A stretch of DNA of 55,584 bases from Stramenopiles sp. TOSAG23-6. Taxonomy: Eukaryota. The position numbers were made by a program, and so were the translations under genes. This document shows, piece by piece, positions 10,101-19,214 of this stretch (positions within the stretch are counted from its first letter, which is position 1; the number at the start of each line of letters is the position of its first letter). The notes beneath the pieces were generated by a model. That model was given only the letters and a program-made list of their open reading frames with translations. It was not told the DNA's origin and ran no database searches. Where the stretch lies: NCBI GenBank assembly GCA_900128565.1, contig LT635919.1:1-55584 (forward strand), given 5' to 3'.

Positions 10101-10328
10101 TAACGCTAATAGAATTCTAATCTCAAAATTCAATCTAAATTCTAAAAATTAGATATACTATATAATTTATATTGTCGTGCATTTTATGTATTGTAATACT
10201 ATAAAATATTTATGAATAAACAGCAAAGAAGTATTATATACATTTTACTTTTATTCGTAGAATTTTAAAAGTTTTTAGTAACATTTTGGAAATTGAGCGT
10301 TGACTTGTCTGCTCACTTAATTATTTTA

Positions 10329-12668
10329 TTATACCACAGCCAACATAACATCAGGTACTGGGTTAAGAAATTTTGAAGCAACACTTGCAACCAGAAGAAA
10401 CAAAGCAGCAATAAAACAACAAAAACTAATTCCCCATGTATCAACAGTAACTTCATATAACACACCACTAAGCATTGTGCCTATAAGGCGACCACCAGCA
10501 TTAGCCATATAATAAAATCCAACATTTTTGGCAACTCTATTCTTTGGAGAGAAAGCAACAACAAGATAAGAATGGATTGCAGATATCACAGCCATTATTA
10601 TAGCAAATACTAGAAACATAATTGGTGTAACGATTGACAAGTTTTTAACCATATCTGAGTAATTTGACTTATTGGTAATACTCGTGTTTGTATCTTTCAA
10701 TTTTTGCCATTCTAAAATAGATCCAACATCATTCTTATGAATACCTAAATACACGGCACCAATTCCAGCAGAAACTAAACCGAGTATAGCAGTCCACGGA
10801 AGAACATGCACAGACTGTGGTGGAAAACATCCCAAAGGTTTTAATAAAAGATATCCACAAAACACTTGTAATTTACCATATACTATTATGTATCCACCCA
10901 TAAATGCAGAAACAAGAAAATCATCCCAGTTCAAAACTTCTTTCAAAAAAATTGGTGCAGCAACTTCAAACCAAACATCTCTAGATGCAAATAGAAAAAA
11001 CCTTGCGACAGAAAGTACTAATAAATCTCTAGGTACAGTTATAATATCTCGCAATGTTACTACTCGTTTTGTAGTATCTTTGCCTAATTGTGGGTCTGTG
11101 TATAGAAAAACAAAAGGTAATGGTATCAGAGGTAACAAACCAATGGATATACACGAGATCATGTAACTATATTTTCCATTACCAATTAATACAACACCTC
11201 CAAGAAAATGACCAACTCCTTTTAGAGAATTTTTGGCACCAGTTAAATATGCAACCATATTGAACAATTTATCATCAGAACCCGCCTTTTCTTTTTCATT
11301 GACAAGTTTTGTTACACTTTTACCACTAATTTTTAACAAATCTTTGGCAACGCCAGCAAAAGCCTGTATAAAGGTAATGTATATAGTTGTACTCCAACGA
11401 GTAGCGTTATTAGAATAATCATTTCCAAAGATATCGCTTATTGGCGATACAAGAAAAAATACAAGAGATTGAAGGAAAAGTCCTATTAAGCATGTCCATC
11501 TTAATCCAACGCGTGATGCAATATATCCACCAAATAGATTAGTAATAATACCCATCAACTCATACAGCATAAACATGGTAGCAATTTCTATAGCATCAAA
11601 ACCAAGTTCAGCAGCATGTAGTAATATGATTGTACGCAATGCCCCATCAGTTAAAGTTAATGTGCAGTACGAAAAAGCTATAGTCATAAAGTTGACCTTA
11701 TTTGCTTTCACTTTTTCTTCATTTATTAATCCTTTTTTTGCATCAAATACATCTTCTACTTCTTTTGTTTTTTCTAGCCCGTCTGGTTCATATATTGGAA
11801 TCTTACAGCATTGTAGAAGGGACGCTGTACTCGATGTACTATGAATATTTGACTTTTTTTCTATAACAATTTCCGATTGATCTGAAAGAAGAGAATCTAT
11901 TTCTCTAATTTTTGCATATTTCCATCCAGATTTCCCTCCAATTGTGACCATTTTACCTAAGCCATCATTTCCTTTCTCAAACTCATATGGAAGTTGTAAT
12001 GCCTCAGGACTTTTTACTGTGCGGTGAATAACAATAGTACAAAATCCTGGTTTATCAAACATTTCACAAACTCCTGCAGTATAACCACAACTTTTCCAAA
12101 ACTTTTCAAGGCGTGAACAAAATTGATTAAATGGTGTCGAATTGTCTACACCGAGTTGTGCAGCTAATGGTACATGACGTATTACTGCTAAACCACCTTG
12201 TGGGTCTAAAAAGGAATAAACAGCCTGAAGTGTTCCAATTGGGTCAACTAAATGATAAAACGTCGCAGAAGACCAAATCAGAGAATATGTTCTCTTTCTA
12301 GGTAAAAATAGGTGTAATTCATCAATATTAGCAATTATGTACGAATCATCGGGTATTTCACAATTCTGTGGTCGATGATCTTTTGCTGAGACACCAAATA
12401 ACTTCTCGAAAGGCATACGAAACTCTTCATGCACTTTACATAAAAGTTTTCCAGATGCAGTGCCAAGATCTATAAAATTCCGTGTCCCAAAGCAAGCTAT
12501 GATATCATAAAGTACGAAGTATCTTCCACGTTTATCTATTGGGTATCGCGCCTTCAGATCTTCCCCATGGTTAACCCATGTTTCCTTACGGTCTTGAAGA
12601 ATCTCAAACTTTTGCCGAGAAATTTCACTGACACTTGTGGGACGCGATAAATAAAGATTTTCTACCAT
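10329..12668 (-). CDS. arsJ: Fusion of a class I SAM-methyltransferase-like domain and an ArsJ-family organoarsenical MFS exporter
   Basis: The C-terminal ~450 aa carry ArsJ signatures (TLTDGALR..., LTGAKNSLKGVGHFLGG, ARFFLFASRDVWF, GFYYMANAGGRLIGTMLSG). The N-terminus has IDLGTASG (motif I), SSATFYHL.DP and LDPQGG. Confidence 0.85.
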   Translation of the reverse strand: MVENLYLSRPTSVSEISRQKFEILQDRKETWVNHGEDLKARYPIDKRGRYFVLYDIIACFGTRNFIDLGTASGKLLCKVHEEFRMPFEKLFGVSAKDHRPQNCEIPDDSYIIANIDELHLFLPRKRTYSLIWSSATFYHLVDPIGTLQAVYSFLDPQGGLAVIRHVPLAAQLGVDNSTPFNQFCSRLEKFWKSCGYTAGVCEMFDKPGFCTIVIHRTVKSPEALQLPYEFEKGNDGLGKMVTIGGKSGWKYAKIREIDSLLSDQSEIVIEKKSNIHSTSSTASLLQCCKIPIYEPDGLEKTKEVEDVFDAKKGLINEEKVKANKVNFMTIAFSYCTLTLTDGALRTIILLHAAELGFDAIEIATMFMLYELMGIITNLFGGYIASRVGLRWTCLIGLFLQSLVFFLVSPISDIFGNDYSNNATRWSTTIYITFIQAFAGVAKDLLKISGKSVTKLVNEKEKAGSDDKLFNMVAYLTGAKNSLKGVGHFLGGVVLIGNGKYSYMISCISIGLLPLIPLPFVFLYTDPQLGKDTTKRVVTLRDIITVPRDLLVLSVARFFLFASRDVWFEVAAPIFLKEVLNWDDFLVSAFMGGYIIVYGKLQVFCGYLLLKPLGCFPPQSVHVLPWTAILGLVSAGIGAVYLGIHKNDVGSILEWQKLKDTNTSITNKSNYSDMVKNLSIVTPIMFLVFAIIMAVISAIHSYLVVAFSPKNRVAKNVGFYYMANAGGRLIGTMLSGVLYEVTVDTWGISFCCFIAALFLLVASVASKFLNPVPDVMLAVV

Positions 12669-12876
12669 AGTTTCTGGGTCTAAAACAAATACAATTAGTA
12701 CAGCTTGTCGTTCGTAATAAATACTATGGCGTAATTATTCAAAGAAATTGAAGTAAAGCATAATTTTAATTATTTTGTTCCACTTGCTTGTTTCAGCACG
12801 CAGAGTACGCAGTTTGCGTTTGGTCAGAGCAAGGGTCAGAGACATCAATTGTGAATCTTGCTCCTGTACGTATTAT

Positions 12877-12888
12877 TTAGGGTTAGGG
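12877..12888 (+). promoter_or_regulatory. Telo-box-like TTAGGGTTAGGG
   Basis: Lies in the divergent intergenic region between the starts at 12668 and 13073. Confidence 0.45.
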
Positions 12889-12976
12889 CAATAATAAATA
12901 GAAAAAAATATTCAGTGCGACAATTAATCGCCCAACAACTGCTACTACTACTACTCTGGACACACAGGTACTGTAC

Positions 12977-13049
12977 TACCCTTTGAAAAAGTTACAGCTA
13001 CAATAAAAATATAGAAGAGGTACCCTTTGAAAAAGTTAGAGCTACAATA
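12977..13049 (+). repeat. 29-nt direct repeat (2 copies)
   Basis: taccctttgaaaaagtta(c/g)agctacaata at 12977 and 13021. Confidence 0.85.
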
Positions 13050-13072
13050 TTTGTCTATCCCACATTAATCTA

Positions 13073-13774
13073 ATGTCTTTTAATGATAGTATCAAATCAA
13101 AAATATTGAAAATTGTCAAGACACTGTCACATAGTAAGTTACCTATAGATATTTTACGAGCATTTGAATTGCAATCAAAGTTACTCACAGCGAGGCAGAA
13201 GTCAATTGATAGGCTAAATGCTGACCCTTGGGGAGTTGGTATTTGTGATAATGATGGAAAATTCTATCCTCATATACAGCGTATTGTTGATAATTTTTCT
13301 GTTATAGCGTACGAAGAGTGTTTTGAACAGGACCTAGCTTATATTAGAGCAAAATTGATATTTGAAGGTGGCTCTTGTATCCGCACAAAATATCGTCGTG
13401 AAAAAATGCTTAACTCTGATGTAAAAGGGGAAGAGTTAGTTGAATATTTTATAGATTTTGGTAAAACGCAGAGTGAAATCAGGGAACAAGTTCTGAGGTT
13501 TCAATACCGTTGGATCCCTGGAGAAGAAATGTTCACTAGTGGAGAAAATGTAGATAATGAAAATATTAACTTATTCTTTGATGATGAAGTTATTCAAATA
13601 TTTAGTAAGTTAGCATGTCTAGATATGGACATCAGTGATACTTTATTTTTTTTGATGACAATTCCTTTCCATGAAGCAGAAACGGAAGTGGATGTGTTGC
13701 TCGCAAAACTAATTTTTGGTGAACAAAATGAAGAAGAACAAAATGAAGAAGAACAAAATGAAGAAGACGATTAA
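13073..13774 (+). CDS. Hypothetical protein with acidic EQNEE x3 tail
   Basis: 233-aa ATG-initiated ORF; no family recognised. Confidence 0.7.
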   Translation: MSFNDSIKSKILKIVKTLSHSKLPIDILRAFELQSKLLTARQKSIDRLNADPWGVGICDNDGKFYPHIQRIVDNFSVIAYEECFEQDLAYIRAKLIFEGGSCIRTKYRREKMLNSDVKGEELVEYFIDFGKTQSEIREQVLRFQYRWIPGEEMFTSGENVDNENINLFFDDEVIQIFSKLACLDMDISDTLFFLMTIPFHEAETEVDVLLAKLIFGEQNEEEQNEEEQNEEDD

Positions 13775-13878
13775 ACAAAAATCCAAATGCAATAGAACTT
13801 ACATAATGAAGAATAACATGATAACGTAAGAAGGGTTATTTTTTTAATGGAATGATAAATCTATTTATATCTCACTAT

Positions 13879-16800
13879 TTAACACCAAACTTCTAATTTT
13901 TCTTCATTTTCGGAACTTGATATATTTTCCAGACACAACTCAACATTTAAATTATCAGCTAAAACTTCTTCATCAACTAATTCACATTCACTACAAAATG
14001 AATGTTCTAGTAACTCTGATGCAAGAGCGCGGTCTTCGGGTTTCATACAAAAACAAAGGCCAAGAAATTCGTGCACAGTAGATGATACAGAGTCTGGTAT
14101 TGGTGGTGGTTTATTTGCTGTTGCAACATGAAATAATGCAGAAAGGTTGTTTTCAAAGGATGGCCATGGATGCTTTGCAGTAGCCATTTCAAGAACGGTT
14201 GCTCCGAGACTCCATATATCTGCTTTCCTACCGTGCCCAGTCTGGCGTATTACTTCAGGTGCCATCCATGGTATTGATCCTTTTAATGTCTTGAGGCTTT
14301 CATCTAATCTATTTGTTTTCATTCCGGCCATTTGCTTCGAGCATCCAAAATCAGCAAGTTTTGCCACGCCATTATCACTGACTAATATATTAGAACCTTT
14401 AATGTCACGATGAATAATTTTACGGTCGTGGAGATATGAAATACCTTGTGTGATGTGTCGAGTATATCTTCTTATAATACAGTCTGGAAATGCACCAAAC
14501 TCTGATAACATTCTGCTCAGAGAACCTCCTGGAACATATTCAAGGAATATATGAAGACATGTGCCTCGACGTTCAGTTCCTAGATACTGTACAATATTTG
14601 GATGTTTCAAACCTTTTAATAAAGATATCTCTCTCTCTATTTCCAATGCTTGATCGTCACTTGCATTATCTAATTGCATTTGTTTTACTGCAAATAATGA
14701 ACCGGATACTTCGTTTAGAGCTTTATAAACACAGCCAAAAGAACCACTTCCAATTAATTCCCCCATACGCCAACTTTCAGGACCATCTGAAAAAGATATG
14801 TGCATCAATCTATCACCAGATTTAGCCCTGCCACGAGATTTGCTGGATATATTCATTTTACTTTCACTATTACTTTCAGCTGTCTCATGTCCGAGTTTCA
14901 TTCTTCGCACATGATCAGAGTCTACTTTGTCGTACGTATTACTTCTACTACGGCTACTTTCCACATCAAAATCGTGGCTGTAATTTGATACAGCAACGTT
15001 ATCGACTTTTACGGAATCTAAAAGACTTTGGCGTAAATCTAAATGCAACGAAGGTATATCACTTTTAGATTCGCTAGTCATATTTTTGTGTTCATTTGTA
15101 GCTGTTTGTGTTTTTGTGTCAAGTTTTGTATTTAATTGTGTATACGGATCAATGTCAATTAATTCTAAATCACTGTCTCTGCGGCTACTTTTCTGAAATG
15201 AAATAGATAAACTATTATCTGAAAACGAAAGATCGCTTGTATCTAAAGATCGAAAACGTGGTCTCCGCGGGGATCGGCTTGCTGCAGCAGCAGCTGCAAC
15301 TGCCACACCTGTAATTTGTAAATTATTTCCTTTTTTAGAAATATGAAAAGGGGATTGGGATCGTCTTGGATTTTTTGTATTATTTGACACTGAACTGGAT
15401 GTAAACTTATTCATAGTTAGTGCTGGTGATATTGAAGACCTTAAGTTGTTGCCACGGAATATATTATTACGAAGATTATTCTGAGAATTACCAAGACTTA
15501 AGCTCAAACTGTGGGTACTATGACCAAGGCTAGCAACAATTTCATCTTCGATACTTTTTCTTGATATTTCTAAATCTACATCAGTATAATCAATAACTTC
15601 AGAATTCTTCATTCGAATAGCAGACGCTCGTGATGCTTGATTGCTTCTTGGTGTTAATTTTCCGATCATATTAGCAAGTATTCCTCCACTTCTTGAACCA
15701 TTAAACTCACTTATATCTTCTGAAGTTTTGAGTATCTCATCACGTAAGTCATTTAGATTTTGTTCATGAGGTTTCCTTGTTGTGTGTGACCCATTTACCA
15801 AATTATTTTTTGTATTTTTCACATGTGCTACAGTAATATGAGTAAGAATATCCTTTTCACTGCTTTCACCACTTGATGAAATTTCACTGAGACGAAATCG
15901 TTTTGTCCCTCCGCTGCTTCGAGCACGGGGTGCAGAAGCACGAGGTGATGTGCTTGGATATTCAAACCCATCATTATAATTTACGTTATTCATCGTGGAA
16001 GAAGTGGTACTCTTGGTTCGCTTTGTTTCATCTACACCACTAATATTTCGATTTTGTTTCCGTTTAACATTTTTCGGTTTTTCTATTTTGAGTGTTACAT
16101 CATTTTTTTTGGTATTTTGTGACTCCTCTGAATTTCGTCTAACATTTTGCCATAATGGAAATTTATACAATGTTTTCGTCTTATTATTATTTATTATTCT
16201 ATTATTTATTCTTGCACTTGTCGAAGATATTTTAGCTTGTTTTTTCTCATCTATAGACATATTTCTAGTATGTCGTTTTTTTTTGCTACGAGAAAAACCC
16301 TTGTGAATAGAATTATGCGAATTATTCGAAGATGTTGACGTTTTTGTATCTGTTGAACTTGTTCTTAATTTTAAAGAATTTGGTTTATCATTTAATGGTG
16401 ATAATTCTTTTCGTACAACAAGATTTTTTGTTGTAAAATTATCAATTTTGTCACTCCGTATTTTTTGTTCATCAACATAAACTTTTCTGTGGATACGCTC
16501 CATAGACCGAGGTAAACTAGTAGTATCCTCATCAGTTACGTTATCACAAGTATCTTCAATATTTACTTTAATTTCGCGCATTCCCTGTCGCTCTTTAGAA
16601 CGGTCTTTAACTTGGGTATTTTGCCTTCTATGATTACGATAATATCTTTCTTCACTATGCTTCACTTCTAGATCAAACGAGAATCTATTATTGTTAGTCA
16701 TTTTCTCAGTTTTTTCCCACTTTCTGACTCTTTCTCTGGCTCTTTCCCGTTGAACGTTGAGAGGCGGGGTCCTAAGTTTGTCTACTGAATGTGGTGAACC

Positions 16801-16998
16801 CGATCTATGAGAAAGTGACCCAGGTGAAGCCCCCCCACTGGCTGTTCTAGCGTGATTCAAGACACTCGCAAGAGACGATTGACCTATTGGAGGTCTCAGC
16901 GTTTCCTTTGTACGAACATGGACTCCTCTGCGTTGATATTCTCCATACTGGCCTTCCACTAACGAAGGGGGGGTATCTACCCATTTGTTTGAAATCAT
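13879..16998 (-). CDS. MAP kinase kinase kinase (STE11/MEKK/NPK1-like)
   Basis: C-terminal kinase domain: GELIGSGSFG, AVKQ, HPNIVQYLG, HRDIKGSN, DFG, GSIPWMAPE, ADIWSLG. Long disordered N-terminus. Confidence 0.95.
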   Translation of the reverse strand: MISNKWVDTPPSLVEGQYGEYQRRGVHVRTKETLRPPIGQSSLASVLNHARTASGGASPGSLSHRSGSPHSVDKLRTPPLNVQRERARERVRKWEKTEKMTNNNRFSFDLEVKHSEERYYRNHRRQNTQVKDRSKERQGMREIKVNIEDTCDNVTDEDTTSLPRSMERIHRKVYVDEQKIRSDKIDNFTTKNLVVRKELSPLNDKPNSLKLRTSSTDTKTSTSSNNSHNSIHKGFSRSKKKRHTRNMSIDEKKQAKISSTSARINNRIINNNKTKTLYKFPLWQNVRRNSEESQNTKKNDVTLKIEKPKNVKRKQNRNISGVDETKRTKSTTSSTMNNVNYNDGFEYPSTSPRASAPRARSSGGTKRFRLSEISSSGESSEKDILTHITVAHVKNTKNNLVNGSHTTRKPHEQNLNDLRDEILKTSEDISEFNGSRSGGILANMIGKLTPRSNQASRASAIRMKNSEVIDYTDVDLEISRKSIEDEIVASLGHSTHSLSLSLGNSQNNLRNNIFRGNNLRSSISPALTMNKFTSSSVSNNTKNPRRSQSPFHISKKGNNLQITGVAVAAAAAASRSPRRPRFRSLDTSDLSFSDNSLSISFQKSSRRDSDLELIDIDPYTQLNTKLDTKTQTATNEHKNMTSESKSDIPSLHLDLRQSLLDSVKVDNVAVSNYSHDFDVESSRSRSNTYDKVDSDHVRRMKLGHETAESNSESKMNISSKSRGRAKSGDRLMHISFSDGPESWRMGELIGSGSFGCVYKALNEVSGSLFAVKQMQLDNASDDQALEIEREISLLKGLKHPNIVQYLGTERRGTCLHIFLEYVPGGSLSRMLSEFGAFPDCIIRRYTRHITQGISYLHDRKIIHRDIKGSNILVSDNGVAKLADFGCSKQMAGMKTNRLDESLKTLKGSIPWMAPEVIRQTGHGRKADIWSLGATVLEMATAKHPWPSFENNLSALFHVATANKPPPIPDSVSSTVHEFLGLCFCMKPEDRALASELLEHSFCSECELVDEEVLADNLNVELCLENISSSENEEKLEVWC

Positions 16999-17232
16999 CG
17001 CTATTTATTCCGCATCATTAATCAATACATTCTTCAAGGTAATGCCACGGGACATATGTAGCCCTAATAATATAACGAATGACTGTTTTTTAAACTTTTT
17101 TTTCAGTTACATTCGGACATTTTGGAATTATTATATATATCTCATTTCGATTTGGAAATACCAGTCAAGTCACAAACACGAAATGCAAGCCGGCAAGATT
17201 GAATTATTTTCATAAAAAACTTAACTTTATGA

Positions 17233-17366
17233 TTAAATTTTAAGTAATAATATAATATATAATGTAACAAATTTACCGATCGGCACAATATTTAGTACCA
17301 ACCTTTTCGCCTTTAAAGCGTTTCCTACCCACAATATCTCGACTAGAAGATTTTCGCTTTTTTTTT

Positions 17367-17404
<38 letters not shown>

Positions 17405-18991
17405 CTTTTTTTTCTTTTTTTTTTGCAATATTCTGCTTTCTTTTTGGCAAGATACATGGCACTTTTTTTATCTAATAAATCCAATTTCATGTCAAAGTTG
17501 TCTCTAGTATTCAACTTCTCTGCAATTGCAGCTAAATCTGGTCTCTCTTTTTTCATCTTAATTAGTAGTTTTCTCGCCATTTTTTTTCTACCACTTCGAG
17601 TTTCTTTCCAAACAAATTCAAAATTTTGTTCATTACAATAGTTTTCAGTAATAGCAACAGAATCCTCTAAATTCAAAACTGCGTGCCACCAACCTCCAGG
17701 CACATAAACTGTCTCTCCAGGATATTGAATGAACTCATACATTACCATATTTTCTCTTCTAATATTATCTCTACGAATTTTAGGGAGTATTTCATTGAAG
17801 TATGATATAGCTTCATCGTCATCATTTTTCCCAATATATTTTTCACCCTTGGCAATTTCTTCTGGAGTACCTGGACTGAATACGACCCATCTAAATTATA
17901 TACAATATGTAAAAATAAGTAAACATATGAGTATTTAATATAATGTAAAAACTATATATTAAAAAATCTAACTGTAATTTTGAAATGTGTCATCGCATGG
18001 AGGCTTGAAGATGGGTTCAAATGACAGCCTATAAAGGCGTACCAACAAGTACTATGTGAATGACTCAAAGTAATCTAGTCACGAAAACAACCAAGTGTAT
18101 TGCACATGGTCAGCGCGTACCCGCAAGGACTTTGAAGAAAAAACTTCTTCGTAGTAATCTTAACAAAAGGATGTGGGAAATCCCTGGGCTTGCAACAAAT
18201 GTGACACAAATATTCAATATAGTAAAAGAAGAATAAAACACAAAAAGAAAATTGACCTACCTCTTTGCACCAGAAATTATACTATTCCAAGCACTTGTTC
18301 CTAGAGGATCTATATGTACTGTCGTGCCTGACCGTTTTGGTCCTAATAAAAACCATCTATATGGAGGACGGTTATCCTCGTCTACCATTTCAAAAAGCGT
18401 ATTTCTAAAATATACTGGGGGCGAATATGAATTCAAAATGTCTTTTGCGACTTTATCGTCACCAAATGTTCCATCAAATATATAAAGAGGAGAGTCATCT
18501 ATTTGGTCTGGGTGTTTCATGTATTCTATAAAATGTTTTGCTTTCACGCGTATAGCATAACCATCGTCGTCTTCGCCGCATTTAAGCTTACATTCGCCAT
18601 ACTTTTCCAGTATATTGGGTAAGGTCCAATCTTTGTTAGCCGGCCAGTTATCAGTTAAACCAGAAATAACGACTGGTTTCGCAGGTCTTTCAAATTCGTC
18701 AATAAATCTCTGTCGAGACATGTCACTAGCATGAATCCGCATAATGTAATCCACAGGACGATCACATGGCGTCTTACCTAAAGTTCTTTTAGCAAACCCA
18801 AGTTTATGCCAAGCTGCAGCAGTTTTGAGCTCTGTCCTATGTTTTAGTTTGGCATCGAGCATTACTCCACGCCATTTATCAGAGCTATGACCCCCTGATA
18901 ATGCAACTGATGCATTTCGCTTTGAAGCAAATTTATTGCGTTGTCTCTCAGCCGCAAGTTCAGCTCGAATATCGGCTCCTAATGAACCCAT
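17233..18991 (-). CDS. JMJD6: JmjC arginine demethylase/lysyl hydroxylase JMJD6; exons 18261-18991 and ~17233-17890
   Basis: RPPYRWFLLGPKRSGTTVHIDPLGTSAWN...GAKR|WVVF...QYPGETVYVPGGWWHAVLNL. Canonical GT-AG intron at 17891-18260. The exact stop is uncertain because of a homopolymer run. Confidence 0.93.
17986..18208. ncRNA. Candidate structured intronic RNA (unassigned)
   Basis: GC-richer block inside an AT-rich intron, closed by TGTGTCA/TGACACA and containing several internal hairpins. Confidence 0.35.
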
Positions 18992-19214
18992 ACACGTTAG
19001 AAGTGAATGTCTTTCGACAAGTGAGAGACCACTAAGTAATTAACCAGTAAATCGCTTGCAATGTCACATGTGAACTGAATTCATGTCGCACACGCAAACA
19101 AACCTGCTTGCCTTGGCCTAAAAAAAAGAGTTCAGCTTGAAATGAATTCTTTCTTACATCACACACACAAGTACTTACTTTCGTACTTGTGAGAGGCTTT
19201 ATTCCTTCAACAAG

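Noticed and set aside
17986-18208. Assignment as RNase MRP/P, U3, U17/snR30, SRP RNA or a TPP riboswitch
   Set aside because: I could not find the paired conserved motifs of any of these, so the element is left unassigned.
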